Shown here in pieces: positions 32,216 through 42,416 of a DNA stretch of 64,000 nucleotides. The notes under the pieces are model-generated. The model was not told the DNA's origin and did no database searches. It was given only the letters and a program-made list of their open reading frames with translations. Every line of letters begins with the position of its first letter. Position 1 is the first letter of the stretch. The translations under genes were made by a program, and so were the position numbers. The DNA is from Naegleria gruberi (lineage: Eukaryota): the NCBI GenBank assembly GCA_000004985.1, contig GG738879.1. One strand, 5' to 3'.

Positions 32216-32542
32216 TTTATTTTAAAATTGTTGATTTCCTCAACTGAACACTGTAGAGTTGTAATGACAGTTTGATGGAGATGGTGTTATTATCTCATCT
32301 TAAAAGATGTATTGGAAATTTCACCTCTATAGTTCATGACAATCTCATGCTTTCTTTGGTTTGTTGTTCTTACTATTTTCAATGACATTCATGACATATT
32401 GAAAGACTGAGGGAACGTTTATGTTGGATTTTATGTTCATTTCTTGTTACGATGCAAGGTCAATAAGAGTTATTTTGCTTTGTATTATTGGGAAATTGTA
32501 TCTGAACTTGAAATAGTAAATTAAACAATTAAAAGTGATTTT

Positions 32543-35500
32543 TTAATCAACTATGGATTCTATTGGAGGTAAAACACTATCTTCTTCTTGTTTTACCTTT
32601 TTAATATTTGTATTGTCATTTGCATAAAGTCTTTCTCTCTTAATTCCACCACTTGTATCTGTCTTGTAAATTAATTGGCTTGGTGATTGAGGAATTGTTT
32701 GTTGAGGTGAGGAATGAGAAGGTGAAGGATTATCATAGAAATAGGATGGAGAAAGAGATGGAAATCCTGTCATTGGGGATACTAACATATGAGGTGGTGA
32801 AGGACTTGTTGGATTGGTATGATAGGAAGGACTTCTACGGTCAATTCTAGGAGAAGGAGAATTTGAGAAACTATATAATGAAGGACTTGAAGATGACATA
32901 AAATTTGGAGAGGATGACATGAGTGAGGAAGATCTCTTTGGATCACTTTCACCTAAAGTAGTATTTGTAGAGGTTGGTTTTGAATAGGATGGAGGTTTTG
33001 AAACATGTTGTAAATAATCACTAGGTTGAAATAGAGAAGTAAACTTTTTAGGGGTAGTGGTGGTATTTGAAATGTTGGAATTGGAGCCAATGCTATTCAT
33101 TGTTGTTGTTGATGATTGAATTGAAGGCATTTGAGATTGTGGATAGGAAGGAACATTTGACTTGTTTGAAGAATATTGATTAGGTGATGAATAAGAGTAA
33201 GGTGGTGATAAATTTGGCGATCGGCCTCCAAGTGGAGATGAATGGTGATGAGCAGGTGGACTTAGACCAGTACCACTAGCAATACTACTTGTTAAAATTT
33301 CTTGACTTGCAGATCTGTGAAGTGAAGCCATATTGTGTAGTGATGATGATTGAGTTGATTTTGGAGGTGGGTTCATCAGAGTATCAGATGCACTTGGATA
33401 ACAATTTGAAAGAGATGAATTATTATTAGCAGTGAGCAGAGAACCATGATGAATATTAGTGTTCATATTGCTATTTCCAATATTTCCAATAAGGTTTTGT
33501 GGAATATTCATCAAGTTATTATTACTGGACATGCTTGGTGGCATGTTACTACCCATCATATTATTTGGAATAGTATTAGGAATATTATTCATCATGTTAG
33601 GAGGCATTCCAGATGACATGTTATTTTGCATATTTGTAATATTGTTTGGAATACCATTTGGCATACCATTCATACCGTTTGATATGTTACTTGACATATT
33701 ACTTGGCATACTATTCATATTGTTTGGCATGTTATTTGGAATAGTATTTGGCATACTGCTCATTATATAATTATTAGGATTTTGATTGTAATTCAACACC
33801 TTATGAGATGCACTTGTTAGAATGTTATCATTTACATTCACTGATGATGGAGGCATCATATTTGGTATGTTTGGTTTCAGTTTTGATGCTGATTGAACAC
33901 TATTACTTGACGATACTCTAGACATTGGTTGTTTAGTTTCTTGATAAGAACTGACATTAGTGCTGGTATTGCCTGTACTTGATTGAATATTTTGGGGTGT
34001 TGTTGGCTTTGATTCTTGATTGAGGTTAATAACTGTCGATGAAGATTTGCTTTGCTTTGCTTTCTTTTCCGTTGTTTGTGATGCAACAATTGCACCATCT
34101 GATTCACTCAGTAAAGGATGGTTATGCGTTCCAAGACAAAGTAATAATCTTCTGTTATCAGCCTTATCAAGTGGTACATAGAAATGTAACTTGAAAGGAC
34201 ACTTTCCACTCTTTGTCAATGAATTATTGTTATGTTTCTGACAAGTGTGAAATCTCAATCTACATGGTCTAACAATACACGATTCACTGTCATCATCCTT
34301 GTGAGGACAATAATAAACACCCTGACATGTTCTTTCATAATGCATTACTTTACAATTCAAATAACTACAATGAACTTTCTTTTGAGTGGATGGAGTGCCA
34401 AATGAATAAGCAATCTTATCATAAAAACTATTCTTATCTGTCCAATTCTCAACATTGTAAATGTATAAAATTCCATGTTTTGGATATTCTACAGGTTCGT
34501 TTGGTGTTACACTTGTATCTGCTCGAATATTTCTAGTAATTTTAATTCCACCTTTTTGCCCTGCTTCTTGAGAAGCATCTCCTCCGGTTTCCTCTTCATT
34601 TGGCTGAGAATCCACTGCAGTTGCAGTTGGTTGTTGTTGGCTATTAGTAGGACTGGTTTCAGGTTTTACAAGTGTTGGTTGAACTATGGTTGTTTGTTGT
34701 ATTGTCCATTTTGGTTGGGTATTATTTTGGGCTTTTACCATTGTGGGCGTTGTAAACGAAATGGGTGTTGCTGAAGTGGAATTTTGCACTAGGACTCTGG
34801 AACCAACACTTGGATTGGATGATTGTTGCATGGCAGTTGTAGTTGAAGGTAGAGGAGTAGAATTTGGTGCATGTTTCATAGCATTGCCATTGTCATTATT
34901 GGAAAGTCGAAAGAAACTATTCACAGAGAATATATTATCTCCATCAACAATACGAGTTGGTGTTGGAGTGGAAGAATTTTGTAATTGGTGTTGAAGTGGT
35001 GTTTGATTCTGTTGAATGATCAATGCATCAGACGAAACTAAATTATTAGATGAATTATTTTGCACGTGATGATGAGATGTATCAATGGATTGATTACCCA
35101 TCATGACTTGGTAATTACTACCATTAAGATTATTCATATTATTATTGTTGCTATTGGTATTATTAAAATTGGAAGAAAGTTGATTATAGGATTGATTAGA
35201 TGACATTGGATAATTATTGTTCATCATGTTAGTATTGATTTGTTGCTGCATTAAACTATTGAACATGTTTTGTTGTTGATTATTATATAAACCCTGATGA
35301 TGATTATTCGAATTCCCTGTATTAAACCCAACAGAGTTATTGCCAAGTTGTTGCTGTTGTTGTGGAATATGATAACCTGACCCTCCGTGTTGTTGTTGTG
35401 GTTGAGCAACAGTTCTAAACTGTTGAGGAGGTGGTTGATGATGTTGTTGTACTACATTCCCATTACTGTTGCTAAATGTGTGTTGTTGCTGAAAATTCAT

Positions 35501-35779
35501 TGGCCATGAACTTGACACGACTTGCTGCTGATGATGGTGTAGGGAGGAAGGAGTTGTTGGACGTGATGATGTTGTTGCATAGAGATTATTAGAGGTAACA
35601 GAATTGTTATTGGTAGTGGAGACTGTCATCATCATGTTGGTATTATTATTATTATGGACTCCTACTGCAGTAATTTGATTAGTAATTGGTAAATTAGAGG
35701 ATTGTGGTGATGGTGAATTTGTTATTATTTGTTGTTGATGTTGATAGAGATTATGACCAGTATGTTGCTGGTTCTGCAT
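32543..35779 (-). CDS. N/Q-rich putative transcription factor with a central WRKY-like (WRKY/GCM1-superfamily) zinc-finger DNA-binding domain. About 1078 aa.
   Basis: Long poly-N/poly-Q and S/T/P tracts. A central Cys/His module ...KKVHCSYLNCKVMHYERTCQGVYYCPHKDDDSESCIVRPCRLRFHTCQKH...SGKCPFKLHFYVPLDKADNRRLLLCLGTHNHPL, where the C-terminal half follows the WRKY C..K..V.R..D...(L)..(L/Y).G.HNH pattern. Confidence 0.5.
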   Translation of the reverse strand: MQNQQHTGHNLYQHQQQIITNSPSPQSSNLPITNQITAVGVHNNNNTNMMMTVSTTNNNSVTSNNLYATTSSRPTTPSSLHHHQQQVVSSSWPMNFQQQHTFSNSNGNVVQQHHQPPPQQFRTVAQPQQQHGGSGYHIPQQQQQLGNNSVGFNTGNSNNHHQGLYNNQQQNMFNSLMQQQINTNMMNNNYPMSSNQSYNQLSSNFNNTNSNNNNMNNLNGSNYQVMMGNQSIDTSHHHVQNNSSNNLVSSDALIIQQNQTPLQHQLQNSSTPTPTRIVDGDNIFSVNSFFRLSNNDNGNAMKHAPNSTPLPSTTTAMQQSSNPSVGSRVLVQNSTSATPISFTTPTMVKAQNNTQPKWTIQQTTIVQPTLVKPETSPTNSQQQPTATAVDSQPNEEETGGDASQEAGQKGGIKITRNIRADTSVTPNEPVEYPKHGILYIYNVENWTDKNSFYDKIAYSFGTPSTQKKVHCSYLNCKVMHYERTCQGVYYCPHKDDDSESCIVRPCRLRFHTCQKHNNNSLTKSGKCPFKLHFYVPLDKADNRRLLLCLGTHNHPLLSESDGAIVASQTTEKKAKQSKSSSTVINLNQESKPTTPQNIQSSTGNTSTNVSSYQETKQPMSRVSSSNSVQSASKLKPNIPNMMPPSSVNVNDNILTSASHKVLNYNQNPNNYIMSSMPNTIPNNMPNNMNSMPSNMSSNISNGMNGMPNGIPNNITNMQNNMSSGMPPNMMNNIPNTIPNNMMGSNMPPSMSSNNNLMNIPQNLIGNIGNSNMNTNIHHGSLLTANNNSSLSNCYPSASDTLMNPPPKSTQSSSLHNMASLHRSASQEILTSSIASGTGLSPPAHHHSSPLGGRSPNLSPPYSYSSPNQYSSNKSNVPSYPQSQMPSIQSSTTTMNSIGSNSNISNTTTTPKKFTSLFQPSDYLQHVSKPPSYSKPTSTNTTLGESDPKRSSSLMSSSPNFMSSSSPSLYSFSNSPSPRIDRRSPSYHTNPTSPSPPHMLVSPMTGFPSLSPSYFYDNPSPSHSSPQQTIPQSPSQLIYKTDTSGGIKRERLYANDNTNIKKVKQEEDSVLPPIESIVD

Positions 35780-37751
35780 ATTTATCAAGTAGAGGAGTGA
35801 AGGTATTATTGTTCTTGATCAACTATTAGTAGTCGTGATGGAGCAGTCGTCGCTTCCGTATTACAAATTAATTCTGATGTGGTGCCACAAGAGGGTATAA
35901 GCTTTGATATATTTCAATTAAAATTGGGTATTTGATGCATTGACTGAGTGCACTCAATTTTTGTATCTCTTATGTCTGTTGCTACTCAAATGTGTTTGTG
36001 TGTTCTTTATATTAAATTATTTGGTGCGTAATGATCTCCAACACAACACAAGAATGTGATGATATTATTTGGTGATGATAATGGTTGCTGTGACTTGTTG
36101 TGACTGCAACTCCAAATGGGAGAGGATGATGATGGTGCAGGAGGAATGAGAATCTTTACACAAAACACTTCAACTTAATCGTCCAATACTGATGGAATAA
36201 GAACGAAGAACTTGAACACTAGATGATGATGGTGCAAGACGCAGATATCTATGCTTTTCTTTTTCAAAAAGAGAATCTGACAGGAAAAGTCAACAGGAGG
36301 TCAAGAAGCTTGTGTCTCACCACTCTATGAAGTTACACCTGACTTTCAATATCTTCTAACAACTACAACTGCAAAGGAGAAGTGAGGAGTTGATTGTCTT
36401 GAGATTTTGTTTTCTGTTCAGGAATATTGTGAATGGGGTGTTATTGATGTGATGCTGTTGATGAATTACGTGTTGAACCTTTGTTGTTGGTGGAAGATGT
36501 GTAACGAACTACAGCAGGTGATGATAAATGTAAGTTGGTAATTGCTTGAGGTATGCGTGCGCATGGATCATGTGTAAGGTCTAAGAGGCATCGGTACAAA
36601 CTACCAAGCAGTTGTCTCTTAATTTTGTCCTTCTTGATACCTTGTTTGGAAAGGGTATTAGGAAATGCAGGATAAGTCCCTCAATGGACCGTGTGTTGGT
36701 GGCTGTTAAAAGCTCACACATATTGTTTACATGTTCCTTAATGTTTGGCAGATTTTGTGAGAAATAATGTTTTTAGGCATGCATAATTCTCAGTACTATT
36801 TTAGAAATGGTGACCCCAAATCTTGTATAAAATCGATTCTCCTTGTTTGTACATGGAACCTTAGACGCTATTTTGGCTTTATTCCAGCTGTATATACGTT
36901 CCAATAAAGAATGGAAAAATTACACTTGACTCACTAAAAAGTATATTAGAATTCCATTTGTGGTTGTTATTATTGAATTTAAAGAACAGCATATATGATT
37001 GGGTTGATTTTCCAATTTAATCCTTAATTTTCTGAAGTTTGAACTGTCTGTTGCATGTCATATAAAGTAGTGTCATTGCTTCAGATCCAAATATTGAACT
37101 ATTATTGTGAAGAATTTCTCACTTTGTGGATGTTCTTTCCTCAATAGTCGTCTTTATCCGTCTTCTTTTGACCAGGTTTATCCTTAGAGTTCAGTTTTCA
37201 TACTTCTTAAATAACCTAATTCCTTAACTTTTTGGATTGATTAATTTGCTCCAATTTATTGATGGTTCCTTGTGGTTTTAATACGATCTTCTGTATGTGG
37301 AATTTATAAGCATTTGCTAATCTCAAGAAAGGAGTGATGGAGGTATGTAGTTTTATTGCTTTATTGTTGCAAATTAATATCTGATCACAAATTTCTTGAT
37401 GTTCCTTATTATTATTTGGAACATCTTTTCATCTAATAAATTTCTTCTTTCTCTACAATCTTTTCCGATGATTTGACGAGATTATTTCCAGTACTCTTTG
37501 TTCATTCCTATTATTTAATTTAGAGAGAAAATGTTCTTTTCACAACTGTTTTTTTTGTTCTGTAAAATCTTCATGGTATCATGATCGGATGAAATTCTCT
37601 TTTTAATAAATTGATCCTCTTTGAGTTAATAATTGGAAAGGCCATCAGAGAAAATAAGAAGTAATTTCTGCTAGTATTTCTACTCCATTTGAAATACTAC
37701 AGCTCAAAGAAGAGAAAAGGCGCGAATTAAAAAATAATATTAAATAAAAAA

Positions 37752-38294
37752 ATGAGTCAACAACAAACTAGTGCTGAATCAACAACCCTCGTCGAAAAAG
37801 TAACCAAGTTCATCGTATCACCAGTATCTCTTGCTGTGATTTCTGTTGCTGGTGTTGCTGGAGCATATTTATTATATAAGAAATTTTCGCCAAAGAAAAA
37901 GACAAGTTCGATAACTGGTGATGATTATAGTGATACTTCTTCTGATAGCGATTCTGATAGTGATTCTGATGAAGAAGAAGTCGAAATCAAGGATTTCACT
38001 CTTGATGAATTACACACATTTGATGGTGTTATCAATCCAAAAGTTTATGTTAGTGTTTTAGGTAGTGTTTTTGATGTTACCGGAAGTGGATTTTATGGTC
38101 CTGGAGAAACCTACTCTCTTTATGCTGGACATGATGCTTCATTTGCCTTGGCAACTAATGACGTCACTGCCACCAACTTGGATAAATTGGATCTTTCTGA
38201 ATTGAAGGCAAACGAATTGGATCATTTACAATCCATGGTTGAACACTTTAGAATGAAGTATTTACATGTTGGTAACTTGCTGGAAATGCAATAA
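37752..38294 (+). CDS. MAPR/PGRMC/Dap1-like cytochrome b5-like heme/steroid-binding protein, paralog 2.
   Basis: Same architecture as 8007..8510: TM, SDSDSDSDSDEEE linker, then KVYVSVLGSVFDVTGSGFYGPGETYSLYAGHDASFALA. Confidence 0.75.
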   Translation: MSQQQTSAESTTLVEKVTKFIVSPVSLAVISVAGVAGAYLLYKKFSPKKKTSSITGDDYSDTSSDSDSDSDSDEEEVEIKDFTLDELHTFDGVINPKVYVSVLGSVFDVTGSGFYGPGETYSLYAGHDASFALATNDVTATNLDKLDLSELKANELDHLQSMVEHFRMKYLHVGNLLEMQ

Positions 38295-38656
38295 AAAAAC
38301 TAAAATTTCTTCATGTGTAGGTTGTTATTAATTTGCTTACATGTTGAGCTTTCCCGATGCTCATTTCTGAATTGAATTAGAGTTTAAATTCTTGAATGTG
38401 AAATGTATTAATGTTAAAAATGGCTTACACACAAATTTGTTAAGCGACATGTCTTGACAATTCATAATATACTATCTTTGTATGAAATTGAAGATTTCAC
38501 AAGCTGTTGAAATAGAAATTGAAATATTGTGTTGGTACTAATCAGTAACAAATATTTTTGTTAGGTAGAACAAAATTCATTTTTCCGTCCTTTCATTGTG
38601 TGACGAGATTTCAATCTATTTTAATCAAAAAAAAATACCATCACACCTAATATTAA

Positions 38657-40264
38657 TTGGTTAGCAACATGTTGGCAACTACAACAACTATAGCAGATAT
38701 TCAACCAACTACAACAAGTAGAAAAAGAAGATTTTTCAAGAGAAATTCATCAATAACACCAAGTGTTTCTTCTTTGGGAGATACTGATTCAAATCGCAAT
38801 AGTGGGAGTATAGATCAACAAGAAACAATTCCACAAGTTGTTCAACAGCCAGAGTTGACTTCTTCAAAAAAGGCAAAGAAAAACAGAAGGTTTATTAAGA
38901 AGCAAAAAAAGAAATCCACCTCCACCACCACTCCAAAAACTCCAAAGAAATCAGAAACCACCAAAAAGAGAAAAAGAAACAATGAATCAAAATTAGATAA
39001 GGACAAGAATCCAAAAGAAGCAACTATCAAAGAAAACAATGGAAATAATGAAATGATTCTTTTAGCAAAGAAAGCCAAATTGATTCTCTCAAAAATCAAC
39101 AACACACCACTACTCATTCCAGAACAAAAACCCATCACTGAGAAATTCAAAGTAGAAGGTGAAATATCAATCAATGGTAGTTTTAATACCAATTCTCAAG
39201 TGAGAGATGATCTATTCATTGAAACTCTGTTGAAGAACAATCATCAAAAGATTCCAGAAGAAGGTGTGGTATGGCCACGAATTCGTAAAATAATTGCAAC
39301 ATGTTACAATGGACACATGCTAAATGGGAAGAAATTCTTCTCTGGAGAGGATGTTTGCGTTGCCTCATTACTCAACTGGTTGATTGAGCTGGTACCTGAG
39401 TTTTCCAGTTCCAATGTAGAAATATTCAAGATGGAGAGGCATTCATTGAGAAAGGCAGAAACGACAAGAGTATCTCTGGTTTTGAATATGTCCAATTTCT
39501 CTCTGTCATTTGACGGAATTTCGAAACATGATTTTGAAATTGCTGCCAAGCTGGTCGAATTATTGACCCAGTTGTTTTATTCGAATTTGAAACATTTAAT
39601 TGTAATTGGTATTGAAAAACGCCATTCTCTCTTTACCAAATTTATGGAAAAGGATACAAATATTCCATTATCTATCAAGGAGAGAATATGTAAGTTAATA
39701 TTAGAAAATAATAGTGGAATGATATCTCTTGAGTTGTATCCGAAACTTGCAAAGGAATTCAAGAATTATTCCAAATTACTTGCTTGTTTCTTTGCTATAA
39801 AACAAGATGAATTCAGACACTTTAGTTTGAATAAGGGAGATGTTTCAAAGTGGCCATGTTTCGCCAAGTATTCCCTTTTCAAACATGTTTTTTCATTGGC
39901 AATGAAAGAATCAGAAGTTTGTTCATTCCTCCAACTATATTTCCAGTTAAAGAAGGAATCAAATTTAGCCAAAATGGTTCAAAATCAACTCAAAATTTTG
40001 AGAAAAGGAAATTCTGATGGTGAATCCACTTTTGAATTGTGTATTATTTATTTGATTCTAAAAGCATCCAAGAAAATTAGAGAAAATTCCAAAGAAGAAA
40101 CTAATGAATTGAAATTATCCATTCAAGAATTTCAAGATTGTAAAGAGTTTTTAGTGAATGAATATGATAGCATCATTGAAAACTCACCAACTTATCAATA
40201 CAAGAAATGTGATGCGATTTTTGGCATTAAAATGATTAGAAAATTGAGAAAGTTTATCGAATAA
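38657..40264 (+). CDS. Hypothetical nuclear-type protein with a basic, NLS-like K/R-rich N-terminus, 535 aa.
   Basis: Complete ORF from a real ATG. No recognisable domain. Confidence 0.4.
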   Translation: MVSNMLATTTTIADIQPTTTSRKRRFFKRNSSITPSVSSLGDTDSNRNSGSIDQQETIPQVVQQPELTSSKKAKKNRRFIKKQKKKSTSTTTPKTPKKSETTKKRKRNNESKLDKDKNPKEATIKENNGNNEMILLAKKAKLILSKINNTPLLIPEQKPITEKFKVEGEISINGSFNTNSQVRDDLFIETLLKNNHQKIPEEGVVWPRIRKIIATCYNGHMLNGKKFFSGEDVCVASLLNWLIELVPEFSSSNVEIFKMERHSLRKAETTRVSLVLNMSNFSLSFDGISKHDFEIAAKLVELLTQLFYSNLKHLIVIGIEKRHSLFTKFMEKDTNIPLSIKERICKLILENNSGMISLELYPKLAKEFKNYSKLLACFFAIKQDEFRHFSLNKGDVSKWPCFAKYSLFKHVFSLAMKESEVCSFLQLYFQLKKESNLAKMVQNQLKILRKGNSDGESTFELCIIYLILKASKKIRENSKEETNELKLSIQEFQDCKEFLVNEYDSIIENSPTYQYKKCDAIFGIKMIRKLRKFIE

Positions 40265-40777
40265 GCAAAAACCAATTTCTTGTAATATTTATTAAATAAA
40301 AGTATCTTTATTGTAAAATCTGGATAATTTCTTTCTTTCTCTACAATTGTATGTGTAAATGAATGAATACCAAGCTGTTTCCTGAGTCTTTGGAACTATA
40401 CTTCCCCTTTTCGAGATATCTTTGCAATTCCATTCCTTTTCAAATTCATGTCGTTGTTTGTGCTCCTGTGATGATGCTGAAGATGATGATGATGTCTTGC
40501 TTAATTGCAACAATGACTCAATGTTAGTAGTACTCTAAAATTGTTGTTGGGTCATTTTCTCAATGGGCACCTTTTACAATTTGCCCAAAATGAATGTTGT
40601 CTTGTCTTGGGGTGTGTCCTAATGATTTTTAATTTGGTTTTGCTGTATTGGAGTGTACTTGTTTGTAAAGAATATTTTCTTTATTAAGCGAATTTTTGTG
40701 AATCCCACAAATGACAGTAAAGAAGGTTCATATTAAGACCATATCACATCTGTCTGCAGCCAATTATTCAATATATT

Positions 40778-40808
40778 AAGACTCTCCTAATATTAAGGAG
40801 AGTCTGAT
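40778..40808. other. Near-perfect 10-bp-stem hairpin (AGACTCTCCT-AATATTA-AGGAGAGTCT) in the 3' spacer between convergent genes.
   Basis: Stem arms are exact reverse complements. Confidence 0.4.
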
Positions 40809-41111
40809 ATCGTTATCATAATTTTGAAAACTATCAATATCCAGTCAAGTGTTTTTCATTCCGATGATTAGAATATTCCACATAATATGGTGGAGAACAT
40901 GTTTGAAACACACTACTGTGTGCAAACCTTATATTACAGCAGGCAGGGAGAATTTATTGAGGAGGAGAAGGGAAAGGACAATTTCAAAGAAGCACACAAT
41001 TCAATGTGTGAACAAATAAGATCTTAACGGAAAAATTAAAGAGAGGACAAGATTGATACTATATTATTTTGATTCACTCAAATTGTGTCTATATTAAAAC
41101 ATTGTTCTTAT

Positions 41112-41693
41112 CTAAAAGTGTAATGCTCTGTAGCCATCTTGATGTTTCTCCTCAATGAGATTGAATATTGTGGAGAGAAGGAGAGGAAGGCAGCATCCAA
41201 AACAGTCAGCACAACACATGAGAGGACTCAACACAAATTGAGTAATGATGAATGAATGAAGACTTTCGAATAGTTCCCTATTTCTTATATTACATTCGCC
41301 AGAGTATGTTAATGAAGCAAGGGTTATCAGAACTATAATTAAAACTCCCCATAATAAGAAGGAACAACAACGAAATATTATTTGACAAGGTCTATTCTCA
41401 TGTTTCTTCTCCTCACTGGAATGTGTTCGAATAGAAAAGTAGAAACGATCCACGTATATTCCAATGAGTGCCATGAATAAATTCACTGCCAATAATAAAC
41501 CAATTGAAGAAAGTGATAAAACTAATTTTGAAATTGTATTTGCTTTGCATTGTAACGAGTCAACCATTGTAATGTCTGATGTTTTCAAATAAATATAAAC
41601 TCCCCAGAGCGAAATTCCCAAAACTAAAATCATTGAAATCATCAAATCAATACTCATTAATCCAATCCCTTTCCATCCTTTAAATATTTTCAT
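41112..41693 (-). CDS. Small four-TM cysteine-rich membrane protein, paralog A. Intronless, 193 aa.
   Basis: Four predicted helices. Cys clusters sit at helix ends (RCCSF, MCCADCFGCC). The C-terminal ...EEKHQDGYRALHF is shared with the upstream paralog. Confidence 0.5.
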   Translation of the reverse strand: MKIFKGWKGIGLMSIDLMISMILVLGISLWGVYIYLKTSDITMVDSLQCKANTISKLVLSLSSIGLLLAVNLFMALIGIYVDRFYFSIRTHSSEEKKHENRPCQIIFRCCSFLLWGVLIIVLITLASLTYSGECNIRNRELFESLHSFIITQFVLSPLMCCADCFGCCLPLLLSTIFNLIEEKHQDGYRALHF

Positions 41694-41708
41694 TTTTTAT
41701 TCTAAAGT

Positions 41709-42321
41709 TCAGTGATGAAGTGCCTTGTATCCTTCGTTAGATCTTTCTTGTTCCAAATTCTTAATAAACGAACCGAAACAACATGTTGTACAACAACCAC
41801 CACAAATCAAACAAACCAAAACAAGCATCATTACAAATTGAGTTATCAAAAATGGATGTAAATCATTGTAAAATTCCACAATAGTACTTTTACAGTCTGA
41901 TTGATAATTTAGAACTGAAATGGAAATTAAAACTGAAAAGGAAGCAAATCCAGCAATGAAATTCCAACACCTCACAAATAAACTTGTTACTTTGACATTG
42001 GAATCATCACCTGATAAGACAGTATTTATCTAAGAGTGTTCCAAATATTGAACAAATGCATAAAACTGCAGAAACATAGCATAATGTATTGTAGGTCAAT
42101 AAAAGTTGAGAAATTGTTCTGCCTTGACACTTGTCAGACAGATTAGTGGCATTCATTGAAAAATTTCCATGTATTACAAGTCCCCAAGTTCCCATTCCAA
42201 TAAGAATTAAAAAAGATATGATGGAATCCAAGCTCAATATGCTAATTTCAAGTTAGCTTTCGTTGTATTTCTAGTTAAAAAACTAAACCTACCTAATTCC
42301 AAGTAATTTCAATTTTTGCAT
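41709..42321 (-). CDS. Small four-TM cysteine-rich membrane protein, paralog B. Three exons: 42321..42293, 42241..42011 and 41970..41709. About 173 aa.
   Basis: The spliced product MQKLKLLGIS|ILSLDSIISFLILIGMGTWGL...DKYCLIR|CWNFIAGFASF...ICGGCCTTCCFGSFIKNLEQERSNEGYKALHH aligns end to end with paralog A. Introns of 51 and 40 nt (GTAGGT...AATTAG and GTGATG...TGTGAG) restore the frame. The two ORF-track pieces (42007..42237 and 41709..41975) are exons 2 and 3. Confidence 0.55.
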
Positions 42322-42416
42322 TTTTTCTTCTACTATTTTGTATTCTTATGAAAGGTATTGATGTTTTATTTTGTAAGTTTTCAATCGGTTTTAGTGTTGA
42401 TTTACTATCAACCAAG

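Noticed and set aside
33459-34994. Plus-strand ORFs opposite the N/Q-rich transcription-factor gene
   Set aside because: Antisense translation of AAT/CAA-rich codons gives I/L/F-rich pseudo-proteins. There is no independent start context.
32543-35779. Poly-N/poly-Q and (AAT)n/(CAA)n tracts as repeats or mobile DNA
   Set aside because: They are in-frame homopolymeric amino-acid runs typical of this genome's transcription factors, not interspersed repeats.
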